Shown here one piece after another: positions 27,103-40,300 of a DNA stretch of 64,000 bases. The DNA is from Raja brachyura. Lineage: Eukaryota. Below the pieces are notes generated by a model. That model saw only the letters and a list, made by a program, of their open reading frames with translations. It was not told the DNA's origin and made no database searches. The stretch spans positions 52,576,001 through 52,640,000 of the forward strand of contig OY740795.1 of the NCBI GenBank assembly GCA_963514005.1, written 5' to 3'. A program made the position numbers and the translations under genes. Each line of letters starts with the position of its first letter. Within the stretch, counting starts at the first letter, position 1.

Positions 27103-28833
27103 CGTTTAGTTTTTAGATTTGTCTTTGGACCTGTGAAAAGTGAGTGTGTCTAAGATTAAAACAGCAGTGGTTCTGTTAGGGCTTGGTTCTGATTATAACA
27201 CGACTGGACTTTTCTCCGCGTTTCAGCCAGAGGGTATAGTTTTGGGAATTTAAGTTACCCTGGAGAGATTTGGCTGATTGCTATGAACCCAAAGAACGAA
27301 TTTCTTCCTCAAACTTTCAAATCTCTCTGTGCCCACTGTTAAAACTTATGAGGGTTCCTTTCCCTGCATTTTTTGTGTATGAGGAGCCATTTTCAGAAAT
27401 TACAGTAGCATTTATATATAACATTAATGATTGTAGTGCAAAAACAAACACATCTGTGCATATTTTTCAAGAGGGGAAAGTGTAGTTTTGAAATTGGCTT
27501 TGTGGGATGTATTTTACAGGTCTTGGACATATAGTTTTATATTCCTTTGATGCATGATCCCCCATGAGCAGGCTTTCATTGTGCTACAATCAATCCTGCT
27601 CTTTACTTGGGGGGGAAACCTGGGATCTATTAGGCAAGTTCTGAAGATTTTTTTACCAATTAGCAGCTGCCTTACCAGCAACAGCAGGTGGCTTTCGTAT
27701 CCCTCAGAGAAGGCTGTTTGCACCTCTGATCAAAGTGAAAGCAGGTTTAACAAAAAAGTCAAGGATTTTGTGGGATTTTGGTATGTGACGCAAACCCGTG
27801 AAGTATAGGTAATTTTTGTAGTTTGGCCATTGAACTGGTAATAAACTGCTGCCATCTCAGGAAGTGTTAGCTTTGTTGTGTGAAAAACACTGTTACGAGT
27901 TTGTATACATTCATTTCCTTGATAGCCATTCTCAGTAGGGAATGAGTGGGGATGGGTACTAATAGGGATGAGTAAATATGTCTGGGACCCAGTCAACACC
28001 TGATAAAAGAAGCAGCTTATTCACCTTAATTGAAAGGCCAACTGTGAAAATAATGCTATTTGCATTTTTATATGGCAAATAATCAGTAAATTCCAAGGTA
28101 ATTTTCAGAATTATTTTGAAGTTTTAGAAGACTTTACAATGTGGCCAATAACCTAATATATAAGGCATCTAGTGTTAGCAGAGCAGTCACCAAGTTTCTC
28201 ATGGTTATGCAGCATAGGTATTAAAGTCCCAATTAAAATTTGTTTTTGAACTTTTTCACCCTTTGTGCTCACTTTGATTTTGGGCCTTTTCTGCCATGGC
28301 ATTGATGAAAAGCATTTGCAGTACTTGGCTTAAGAAAGGGTACAGAAATAATAGCATAGCAGTCTGCCCTCATTAGCTTGTGTAAGAACTGTATGCACAG
28401 TGGCAATGAGTGCAATTGGCCAAGCTATGTGTGACAGCCTGCTTGTTTGGAAATAGGCTAATCTCCTGCTTGGGTTATCCAGAGGTCAGGTGGGTATTTC
28501 TTTTTTGGGGGCTCCTTTAGTGCATTAGCTTCTGTGTTTTATAACAGCCCTCTTCTTTAGTAATTGTGCCTGTAGGCAGTCGATGGGCAGCAGTTATCTG
28601 TTGAAATAGACTAAGCAGCAAGTGTTCTGACATGTTTATCAGGCAAATTGTACCTGACAAAAAGGTAATTACACTTACAATTGGGTCCAAAGGCAGCTGG
28701 ATGATTAGGGGTTAATCAACGATGCACAGTAGACATGTCCTGTATTTAAAGCTAATGGTTTAGCCTTGACTGTTAGAAATCCTAAGCACCATAGTTTAAA
28801 ATGGAGCAATCAAAAAGTTATCAATTATTTGAA

Positions 28834-28990
28834 GCGTAGGAAGGAACTGCAGATGCTGGTTTAAACCGAAGATAGAGACAAAAAGTTGGAGTAACTCGTC
28901 TGAAGAAGGGTCTCGACCCGAAACGTCATCCATTCCTTCTCTCCAGAGATGCTGCCTGTCCCGCTTGAGTTACTCCAGCTTTTTGTCTCA
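28834..28990. mobile_element. PLE-derived short self-inverted element with intact hammerhead-like motif
   Basis: Minus tail 28840-28897, then a plus arm starting at the motif; degenerate TSD atcaa(t/c)tattt. Confidence 0.85.
28900..28927 (+). ncRNA. Minimal type I hammerhead ribozyme-like motif
   Basis: CTGAAGA-A-GGGT(CTCG)ACCC-GAAA-CGTC: CUGANGA core, stem II, GAAA, palindromic ACGT minimal helix III, GUC cleavage triplet. Helix I is only about 2 bp. Confidence 0.6.
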
Positions 28991-30669
28991 TCAACTATTT
29001 GACCGTGTATCAATGTTAATACATCATCATATCTAAATTAAAGTAAATCAACATCTGCAGTTCCTGTGTCTACATTTACTGTAATATAATGTTGCCTTCC
29101 ATTCAAAAGCTGTTTGAATCCCTTTGGTTGCCAATTTTTAAACTAGCTGATCTAAAAGGTATGTAATACCACATAATTATTTTAATAATTATTCAGCTTT
29201 AGAATTCATATGTTAAAGTATGTTTGCACTCTTCAATTATAAGCTTACACTATGGATTTGATTGAACAACTTTGTAGGAAAAAAGGAATGATTCTCCTCC
29301 CCAAAAATGAATCTTTTTTGTTTTCTGATGCAGATCTGTATGATATCCTCAAAAATCGTATGTTGCTACATTTTCTTATAACAAGTGCACTGGTGGTAGT
29401 TTGTTCCGGATGCTTTCCCAAAAATGATTGCGCTAATGGAATTGATACTAAATGGGATGATTATAACATTATACATGTAAGACAGAGCACTGCTGTGCAG
29501 GAAACCTAGCACAAGCTCCGTGTTTTTGTTGCTGTGCCCAGAATCTGGGTGCCAGAGATCAGATGCAAATCCAGAACTGCCCTTGGCTCGGTGTGGAGAA
29601 GCTGCCATTTAAGGCTGGTGTTGGATAGGCTGGATGACAGGTGCCCCTACACAATCGCCATTGCTGGGGGTTTGGAACACCAGCCTGACAACTGTCCAGA
29701 GCCTATGGTTACTGTCATGACCACCTGTGGTGGAAGCTGCCTTCTCCCCCTTTATGTTGCTGCTCATCTCTCCACACGCCAGAGACTTCTTATATGGTAC
29801 ACACAAAAAGCTGGTGTAACTCAGCGGGTCCATGTGTTGGACGTTAGCTAGTCCACACCAACTCATGAGTCCATCATTGCTGCAAATATACCAGAAGAGG
29901 GTAGGGATTTGCAACTTATTCCCTACGTAGCAGCAAAAAGCCCAAGTGAAGGACTATCTTTAGTCCAAGGAAGTATGTACCTGTACGTGTGCCAGAGTGA
30001 ATCAACAAAGCAGTTCTCATTGGGGGACGAGAATGTACTTTGAAAATAGTTTTACGTGGTGTACAAGCAATCTACACAATCCAGGCTGTGATATTAGTAT
30101 TTTATTACATAATTACGTCTTGTAAAGTAATAAAACTTTCATGTCTTACGCATTAGCACTTCAAACCTCTCAATGATTCTGTGAAGCACTCTTTAGAAAC
30201 AGACTGTATGGAATGAAACCCAAGATCCTAAAAGTTTCCTAATTATTACCTGGCCACACATATTTTGTTTGATTAGTGGTGGTGAGAAATAGGGGAGTCG
30301 TAAGTGGAATTGATTGCTGAGTGGTGGAGGATAAGATAATAGGGAAGGATGAATCACTGCCAGCTGATCTGTATTCTTAACATAAAGGATGAGAGTTATG
30401 TGGGAATGATGGACAGTATTTCTTGCTCAGCCAATCAGTTGTAAAGGAAATTATTAATTTTCCTGTACAGAAAGTTGTTAAAAAATAAATGGTAAGAGGA
30501 GGGGGAAAAACAAAAGAAGAAGTGATGATAAAGAGGACTTGAATAAAGCCACTTGAAGTTAGTTAAATGTATAAAATTGTTGTACATAGGATTAAAACAG
30601 TTTGGTCAGTCTGATACTTTCTTTGCCCCCAGTTTCCTTTTTTTATCGAAGTTTCTAAATTGTGTTTTA

Positions 30670-32335
30670 CGTTTTGATTAAGGATTCTGGATTTTAAAGG
30701 ATATTGAAGGTTTCATCAGGAGAAAGGAAAAGAATGGAAGGCAACTGGGGTTGAGGGCATCTCCAGAGGAATGTAGTGTATGTCGGAGAGAACTCAGGGA
30801 GGGCAAAGAAATATGCTTGGCAAGTAAGATCAAGGAGAATCCCTAGACATTCTGTAAAGAGCAAGAAGGCAGGGAGGGAGTGGTTCGCTTGGGGACCAAA
30901 GTGCTAATCTGTGTTGATCAAAGGTATGTGGGTGAGGTCCAAAATGAGGACCTCATCCGTATTCATTGAGAAGAAAGACATGGAAGATGGTGACTTCAGG
31001 GAGAGGTATGTGGATAATCTGGAGCAGTCCAATAAGAAGGAGAAAATGTTAGATGTCACAGGGTGCAAAGGTCTGATAAATACCCAAAGCTGGCCGAGAT
31101 CTATCCCAAAATACTCAGGACAGCAAGGGAAAAAATAGCTGGGGCCCTGACATAGATTTCTGCATCTTCATTAGCTACTGGTGAGGTGGTAAAAGACTGA
31201 GATGGTTAATATCATTTATTTAAGAGGGGCAGAAGGAATAACCCAAATAATTACTGGAGAAAATGTTCAGGGACAGGATTTATGTTCATTTGGAAAGGCA
31301 GATCGGGAATAGTCCGCATTGCGTTGTTTGGGCAGATGCAGGAATCTAGAGGGGAGAAAAACTAACTGCTGGAGGAACTCTAGTGAAGCAGAATCTGTGG
31401 AGATGGGTAGAATTGACGCTTCAGGTTGAGAACCTGCATCAGGGCTACACATATAAAGGGGTGGAGGGGAGAGGCAGGGGAAGGGTGGAAAACCACCTCT
31501 CACCTGCCTGGCCCTACGTCCCTCTCGCTTCTACGGGCTATCACTCCTCTGCACTCTATCCTGATGCAGGATCTAAAACCAAAGCATCTATTCCTCTGTC
31601 GCCACTGATGCTGCCTGTTTGGTTGAATTAGTCCGGCAGTTTTTGTGTTTGGGAAATGTGACTCATTAACTTTAGTCCGTTTTTTAAGATTGAACATTGA
31701 TTGATTGATTGAAAGATACAGCGTGGAAACATGCCCAATGGGCAACTGGATCCATGCCAACCATCACTCACCCGTTCACACTAGTCTTATGTTATCCCAC
31801 TTCAGCATCCACTCCCTACAAACTAGGTTAATTTCTAAAGGGCAATTAATCTACAAGCCCACACTATTTTGGGATGTGGGAGGAAACCGGAGAGCCCGGA
31901 AGAAACGCAAACAAGGTCATAGTGAGAAGATGTTTGTTTGCCCTCGAACACAGTGGTGAGGGGTGACTTAATAAATAAGAAGCATAGGTAGGGTAGATTT
32001 TCAGAATCTTTCTCCCCATAATAGGGGATAGGATGAAGGAATATTAAAGGGGATTTGACTAGTTATTTTTTTTGTCATGATTCTTTATTGTGATGGTGAT
32101 TGTGATACTTTATTGTCATGCTGTTTCTATCTGGAACTTGCTACCTGAGGATGTGGTGGAGTCAGATACAATTGCTATATTTTAGAGAAACATTTTGACA
32201 GGCACTTAACCAAGCAAAACATAGAAGGATAAGGATCTAATATGTAGGTAGTTAGAATTAGCATAGATGGGCAGAAATATCTGCATGGACGTGGTGGACC
32301 AAAGGATTTGTTTTTGTGCTGCACAACTCTGACTG
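30670..32335 (+). mobile_element. Old CR1 LINE pieces interrupted by a PLE mini-element (~31335-31650) and a V-SINE (~31696-31935, -)
   Basis: ASKIKENP..F, D.S.GP..I.P..L.E and 3' end (WN.LPEDVVESDTI.IF) remnants; nested elements recognised by their motifs. Confidence 0.65.
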
Positions 32336-33304
32336 TGAATTATTTTTGCACCTCTTGCTTGCTGCCACATGAAGCGTCCATGCTTCCGGAACACGAACTC
32401 TGACAGTCCATAAATTCCCGTTGTTCATTGTAATCCGAACAAAGCAGGTAAGTAGAAGGAAAGTCTGTGTTATTTGGATTTCTCAAAGCATGGGCCTATC
32501 TGTTCTATGTTCAGCCTGGGCATGCACGGATAAATAGGTGCTAAATTGTTTGCCACTACTGGGGAGATCAGGTTTCTTTGGAGTTGCATGAAGATAAAAA
32601 TGTTACCAAATGTTGTTACACATTGCCATCGATGATTCATTCTTTTAAGTTGTCATATGGAAAGTTGAACATGTCCAACAGAATATTATAGCATCCCCGT
32701 TTTGATATAATTTCCAAATGCAGGTGTAAAGGCTTAAACTTCATTAGTGAACATGATTCAGTAAGTATTTTTTGGACTGCTGAAGCAGTCTTCTAACCAA
32801 ACAGACTCCAGAGCTTAGATCCACAGCTTCAGTCAAATTCCTGTGTTCGTCATTGCACCTCTCATAAAATCCTAATTATCCACTTCTCCCGTTTCTCACT
32901 CTTCATCAGTGTAGGTTGCTGATGATTATGTAAACAGGCCAGGCCTATTCCACAGTTTGAATAATGACTGTGACTGCACAATCAACCACAGGTTTGGGAC
33001 TTTCAAAAAGATTTGGGCTGCTCTGCTACTGATGAAAAGTAGACAACCTAAGAGTTGGTTGTTATGAGCATGTGTGTAAGATTGTTTGGAATGTTCTCTA
33101 CCCAACGTACAAGAGATTTAAATTGGTAATACACCATGAAGACTAATTCCTCAAGTGACAAGAAGCTAAGAGCAGGTAATGGTTTCTCTGAGAGAAGTAG
33201 CATTTCAGCCAGAAGATTACTGTTGTGTTCATAATAGTAACCTTTTGCATTTAAATCAATGTGAATGGAGTCATTTATTTTAAATACAACAAAGAAAGAC
33301 AAGT

Positions 33305-34046
33305 GGCATAGACAATAGGTGCAGGAGGAGGCCATTCGACCCTTCGAGCCAGCACCGCCATTCAATGTGATCATGGCTGATCATCCCCAATCAGTACCCC
33401 GTTCCCGCCTTCTCCCCAGATCCCCGACTGCTATTTTTAAGAGCCCTATCTAGCTCTCTCTTGAAAGCATCCAGAGGACCCGCCTCCACCGCCCTCTGAG
33501 GCAGAGAATTCCACAGACTCGCCACTCTCTGTGAGAAAAAATGTTTCCTCGTCTCTGTTCTAAGTGGCTTGCTCCTTATTCTTAAACTGTGGCCCCTGGT
33601 TTTGGACTCCCCCAACATCGGGAACATGTTTCCTGCCTCTAGCGTGTGCAAACCCTTAACAATCTTATATGTTTCAATGAGATCCCCTCTCATCTTTCTA
33701 AACTCCAGAGTGTACAAGCCCAGCTGCTCCATTCTCTCAGCATATGACAGTCCTGCCATCCCTGGAATTAACCTTGCAAACCTACGCTGCACTTCCTCAA
33801 TAGCAACAATGTCCTTCCTCAAATTAGGTGACCAAAACTGCACACAATGCTCCAGGTGTGGTCTCACTAGGGCTCTGTACAACTGCAGAAGGACCTCTTT
33901 GCTCCTATATTCGATTCCTCTTGTTATAAAGGCCAACATGCCATTCGCTTTCTTCACTGCCTGCTGTACCTGCATGCTTACTTTCATAGACTGATGTACA
34001 AGGACCCCCAGATCCCGTTGTACTTCCCCTTTTCCCAACTTGACGC
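33305..34046 (-). mobile_element. Young CR1 LINE 3' end (ORF2 C-terminus, uninterrupted)
   Basis: ORF 33391..34071 VQRDLGVLVHQSMK..AVKKANGMLAFI..LYRALVRPHLEHCVQFWSP..TRGHSL..FFSQRVASLWNSLP, plus 3' tail. Confidence 0.93.
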
Positions 34047-37000
34047 ATAGTATCCAGATTGATGGAACCAAATCTCTGAAGCTACTATAATATATTGCAT
34101 TTGTATCTGAGTAGATTCATTTGTTTCTGGGGCCAATTTTACATCTTCATCTGAATCATATTCCATGCTGTGATAATGAATTAAATCACTTAAGTAAAAG
34201 TGACTACTTGTCATCAAAGTCTTTTGGAGTTGAGGATGACCTGCATCCACTCCGGTATTGCGGTTATGGGTGAGGGAATCTTAAATTCTTCCACAGAATC
34301 GATTTATTTCCTACGTATTAAAAAGATATACATCAGCTGGGTCTTCTTTTCATTAATGGTTCCCCCTGCTGGAAACTATGCATTGATATCTCGTCTCGGA
34401 TGCCTTGCACTATCAAGTAGCGTGCCAGCAATGGATCTTGTATGAAAAATAGCCAGTTGATACCGAAGAGCTGCTAATATCTGTGGGCCTACATTTGTAG
34501 TCAATTGGCATTTTCAAGATGCTGTGCTGACATCAATACTTATAGCATTGCATTAGTATAATGTAAAGGAAATTATAGTAAGTAATTGTAGAATTAATTG
34601 CTGTTTTGTAGATTTCTTATAGTTAGTGCTCTGAATTAATACTTTAAGTAGTTGGTATCTAAAATTCTCAGTTCTTTGAAATGCTAAATACTAAAGGTAA
34701 CTATCCAATGTCATTGCAGTTCAAAGGACTCATTATTAAGTTGTTTTTTTTCAATGGGAAATACTGTTTTTTCTTCTTTCTTAATTTCTATATGGATCAT
34801 GCATTCTCATATGGTCATGATGTTTGAAGACTCATGGGTGTGATAATTAGTATGGACATGGTGGGCCGAATGCCCTGTTTTCATGCTGTATCTCAGATTC
34901 TGAGTGGTCATTTTTTCTCCCCAATTTACGAAGTACCCCACCTTGTGGTCCATTCAAGAATAGAATAAGACAAGATGCCATCCACTTGTTGAATGCATTT
35001 AGAAGGATTCAAACCATTAATTGGGAAATTGTAAAGATCAAATTTCTCTAATCAAAATATTTTTCCAAGTTCTTTTCCCATTTAAACTAATAAGATTAGT
35101 AAAAATCTTAATCTTATTCGTCACCAGTTATCACTAAACATGTATTCAAGGAATGTTTCATTTAAATATTATGGGATGAAATAATGGAACGTAGATTAAT
35201 TTAAAATAGTGACCTGAATTGTATTTGGTAAATTACCATTAATTCATGACCAATGTATCTTATTTACTCAAATTATTTTCAACTTATAATCAAATTAAAA
35301 GTCAGTTGCTACATTTTTTTGTTATTCTTCATGTTTAGCCCTTAATATAATTTTGTGGAATATTCTTGTTAACAGTTAAATAGTGTAAATAATTTTGTGT
35401 TTTTAACATTTTTAAACTTGATCATTATTAATTCCTGTAATTATTAATGCAAAATTAATCTAGCGCACTCGTTGCAGAGTTTAGTAATGTTTAGTTTAGA
35501 GTGTATCATTTTTTTTCCTGAACCTTAAAATGTTAAAGTTGAAAGTGTTTTGAATTATATCACATTTAGGGTAATGTTTTATCCAATTTTTTTGTCAAGT
35601 ATTACGAGTTTAAGATTGCAGGAACATTATTCACCGTTAAATATTATGTTAAATTGGTGTTTGTAGAAGGGATAGGCAACGTGTGAAAAGCAACACCAAG
35701 CATTGATTTACTTAGGAATTCCAAATGTTTCCTCCTTTGATATTTGCTTCTACTGCTGATAGCCCTTTAGATTTTTTTGATTCTGCACTAAAACATGTGG
35801 TTTTAAATGGCTTGTGGTTCAGTGACTATGCAGTATGACAGGCAATGGAAGAGAAAATTGAGAGCTATTTTGGAAGTGTAATTTATTTTTAACTTCAGAA
35901 AACAGCTAACTCATGCATTCATTGTCTTAACGCCTCGCATATCCAAAATGCACAAAGCAATGTAAAGTATGCTTTACATTTTAGAAGCTATACTTAAATC
36001 TATGACTTGGTGTTTCATTCCTCACCTCTCTTACCCTACTAACAACATAATATGAACACTTGAGACCACATAATCTGTTTCCATTTGAGGAAAGAGTGGT
36101 CATGGATGTATGGTGCTCTATAACAATTGTCAGCACCATTCTTTGATTGTCCATGGGAGCCAAATACTTTTGCCTCTCTTCCTGCAAAAGCTCTCCTCTC
36201 CTGCAAGGTGCTTCATCATTTTAATGACATGCCTGTGAATTGACAAAACGCACTGTCAGCTAGTTCAGTCCTTTGTTTGGTTGAAAGACAAGTCCTGCTG
36301 CAACACTGAAGCTGTCTCATTGTTTGTCAATATCAACTTCTAAAGAAATGTCATCATTGCTCATCTTTTCAGACATTTTTTATTTTTTACAAATTTCAAT
36401 TGTGTTAGGATTGAAATGATTCGGCCTAGAGCAATAAAAAACAAAACAAAGACTGCCTTTTTTTTGCACTTTTCAGAACAGGGAAATAATTTGACATTTA
36501 ATCATCTTATTGTAATGCATGGACACATAACAGAACTGATCGGGCCTCTACATAATATCTCATGCAAAAGGTGGCACCTCCAATTAGTGCTGTGGTAAAA
36601 TATCAAGCTAGATATTCGTGCTGCAATTGAAGTGGAACTTACTCGCAGGTTAACAGCACCAGATGGTATAATCAATGAATAATAAATAGAAAACATATTA
36701 TTCCTGTTTCAAATGATTTCTTGCCAGTTTCCTGATGATTTATACCTCCCTGTCTTTCCCTAAAGTTGCTAACAGCTTGCTTTTTCCATCCCTGTTGAAT
36801 GGACTCCAGTAGTTAATCACCAGTTAGGCCTTATTAAGAATAAGTAAAATCATCATTACCTTCACTTGTATATTCTGCACTCCATTATGAAGTTACAATG
36901 TTATTACTTTGCACCTTAGTGACATGAGATACTGCTTTTAAACTCCAGTCTCCAACATTTCTGAGCATATTAACAGCACAGCCATCATGCTCAACACATT

Positions 37001-38584
37001 TATTGATCAAAATAGCTAAAATCATCACATAGGCACTGAATTCAATTTGGCACATTTTGGGACACTATCAATAACCCCCTGTCATTTCTGCTGGTCTTCC
37101 AAGGTATCTATCTCTTATTTTCACATTACGAATGGATTTTGATACCACCTTTTCTATGCCTCTATCCAAACCCTTGATCGGTGCAATGCCTAGTAATACT
37201 CCAGTACTGAACTTGGTGGGACGCCACTAACTACCCAATCACTCTGCAAGGTTTACTATAACACACGCACACACATTTATTTCTGTTTGGTAATCTCATG
37301 CTCATTAATTTTCCCTAATGGAATCTCAGTGGTATCTTATGAAAGGATGCCACAAGCCTGTGTACATTACATTGACAATACCTCTTGACATTGAAAATTT
37401 TGATATGTTACAATCACAGAGATTTGCTATGCATAATATTTCCTTTTATTACCCCAGATGAATATTATCTTCTCTTTATGTGAACGTGTAACAAATTCAT
37501 CCTTAGAAGCTTAATGTTTGCAGATGTTATAATTGTGTTTTAATTATGAATATTATCCCTGAAAGAACACATGCATAGGATTATTATGTCCATATTGGAA
37601 TCTAGTCCCATTCAAGTGCGGTGCAACTAGACATATTTCAGTCTACTGCCACCAAAAGCCCTTGGAAGTACAAGTGTGTCCAGGCTTTCATTTGTAACGT
37701 ATCACAATTTGTACTATGCAGAAGTAAACAATTTCATTTGATATGACAAGCTGCAAGATTGTGTGGTTTGCATTCAACACAGAACAGTATACAGACTCTA
37801 ATTCCTCGATGGCTTTTAAATGACTAAATAGGTTTACGTTGCCATCCAAAAATCTTGTTATCCTCCACCTTGTGAGACTACCAATATTGTTTACTGAATT
37901 CCCTACATTGCCTAACCTAGTCATGAAAGGAAAATTGAAAATTCAATTTTTGTGCTGCATTGCCCTGTGAATTTGGCATGTTAGAGTTTGATATCACAAA
38001 GGTGTGAAATTTGTGTGTGAAAGGGCCATGTTGATTACTCATCCAATTCATTATCTCTAAATTTAGTTAATTTAAAGTAAAATATTCATTTATATTCTTT
38101 CATTGTTAACTTTAAAAAAAAAAACACTACATGAGGGAATAAGTGAACAAGTATTTACAGTGCGCTTTGGCAAATTGTACTTCACGTACACTGAATTACT
38201 TTGAAGTGCAATAGCTCTTTGTAGGGAGATGCTCTTTTGCACAAAGGATCCTATGAACAGACATGAGATGATTGAACCTCTCATTGTTTTTGAGTTGGAG
38301 CATTTTACAACTCACCTTAACGATCAAACAGACATTTCTACCATTGCCAGAGTAAGGCAGTGAAATGTTAGTCTGGATTCTATCTTTCATTCTTTGAGTG
38401 GAGCTTCAATTTCAAAGGTGAGAATGCTGCGGACTGCGCTAAAGAGGTATTAAAGGTTAGCATTTACTCAGGAATGATACATGATGCTAAACTGAGGATT
38501 TGTACATATGTTTTGAGAGTAAAATGCACTTGCTACAATTTCTGTTAATTGAATATTCAGAATTATGGTAGGGAGGCATGAGTA

Positions 38585-39442
38585 TAGCAAATAGCTTATA
38601 ACGGCCCATGAGGAATGTGTCTGTTATTGCCCACTGTCCGCAATAACTGAGTAAGATATTATCATTGTATGTAGTTGAAATAAAGAATTGCAGATGCTGG
38701 TTTATACCAAAGATAGCCACAAAAATGCTGGAGCAACTCAGCAGGTCAGGCAGTATCTCTGGGGAGCATGGATAGGTGACATCGGGACCCTTCCCCAGAC
38801 TGATTCCGTTTGCTGAATTACTCTAGCACTTTGTGTCATTTAACCTCAAAACTAGGCACCGATGCCGCGAGCCCTTCTTCATCGATTGACACGGCTGCTG
38901 TTGTGGCTCATGTTGTAGCCCAAACAGGACATGCTTTCTTCAGGCCGCCGCTACCGTCAGGATGTGCTCAGTCAGCCTGGGGCTCCATCCCCTCCCACCT
39001 GCTGCAGCTTCTTCCTTCGCTTTGTCCGCTCGGCTGCTCCACTGCTGCTGCCTCCTCCTCCTCCCCCCGCAGTTGCCGACATTGTCTAAGGTGGAATATG
39101 TCGTCGGCTCTGGGGTAGGAGTGGTGACGAGTAGGGAGAGGCCAGGTGGACAAAGTGAAGGAAAAAGTGGCAGTGGAGGGGAAGGGAGCCTCACGGTGTC
39201 AGTGGTGGCGGCCTGAAGAAATTGCTACTCCCTGGAGCTACAACGTGAGCTGCAACAATAACAGCGTCAATCGGACCGTGCGGTGGTGAAGAAAGGCTTG
39301 TTGGTGCACCTTGCTAGTCGGGGGTGGTGTCAGAAGCTGGGGGTGTAAGTGGAGGAGAGGTGGTGACAACTGGTTGCGGTGTGGGCTGGTCTCCACAACT
39401 GAAATCCGTTATAAAGGTGTCTGTCAAAACGAGGGTTTACTG
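38585..39442 (-). mobile_element. pogo/Tigger-like non-autonomous DNA transposon, copy 2 (contains PLE cassette ~38680-38840)
   Basis: Ends ..caaaacgagggtttactg|TA (reverse complement CAGTAAACCCTCGTTTTG). Collinear with 13995-15505 minus its CR1 insert. Internal inverted repeat 38885-38950 vs 39205-39280. Confidence 0.7.
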
Positions 39443-39599
39443 TACCAACCTGAATTGAGTAAAAATGTGGGAAATCAAGTTATGCTTTCGAGCAGTAAAT
39501 AGATGCATACAGATTAAGTGAAAATGAATATGACACTGGGATTTACCGTTTAATTGCTCACCTACCTGACCATAATGGATCACCAATCTAACACTGTAG

Positions 39600-40300
39600 G
39601 AACCGGAAACTGCAGACGCTGGTTTCCAAAAAAACACAATAAGTGCTGGCTTAACTCAGATGGTCAGGCAATAGCTCTGGAGAACATGGATAGGTGACGT
39701 TTTAGGTTGCAAACCTTCAGACTGAAGAGGTGGGGGGGGGGTCAGGGCAAAGCCTGGCAAGTAATCAGTGGACACGGGGTGGGGGGGGTGGATGTTTGAT
39801 AGGCAGATGGTTGAGCAATGCACCAACCCAGAAACAATGAGAAGTTCATGAGCCTTATGTCTGTTTATAGGATCCTTCCCCCCGTGCCCCACCTGAACTC
39901 TCACCTATTTTTCCCCTTCCTCGCCACTTCAGCCGGCATTCCTTCCTCTAGCTTCACTATACACAACTCCTCAATCCTTTTATCTCATGTCTTCTGCTTT
40001 TTCATTTTGTGTCACGACTGCAGTAACTGCTTGTCAGGCAGCATTTCAGGAGAAAAGGAATAGGTGATGTTTCGGGTCGAGATCCTTCTCTAGATCATCT
40101 CTGACTTTTGTCTAGCCATTGGCCTATCAACTCCGCCCCCTTGCCTGAATCCGCCTTATACTACCAGGCTCTGTCCTGCCGCTCCCTCTTCCAGCTTTCT
40201 TTCTCCTCTGACTGCCCTACAATCAATCTGAAGAAGAATCTCCATCCAAAATATCACCTTTCCATGTTCTCCAGCGATGCTGCCTGACCTGAGTTACTCC
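39600..40300. mobile_element. Nested/inverted PLE terminal fragments
   Basis: Minus tails at 39605-39815 and 40020-40095, plus tail at 40100-40300; decayed hammerhead motifs. Confidence 0.75.

Noticed and set aside
29520-30000. ORFs 29534..29851 and 29609..29914 as genes
   Set aside because: No splice or homology support; at most a decayed RTE-like remnant plus a PLE tail fragment.
32340-32455. Cryptic exon ending at CAG|GTAAGT (32448)
   Set aside because: Weak acceptor, no EXOC6-like coding, and the most plausible length (73 nt) is frameshifting.
33391-34071. 226-aa ORF as a host gene or domesticated protein
   Set aside because: It is an ordinary 5'-truncated CR1 ORF2 C-terminus with its 3' tail; its start lies in flanking DNA.
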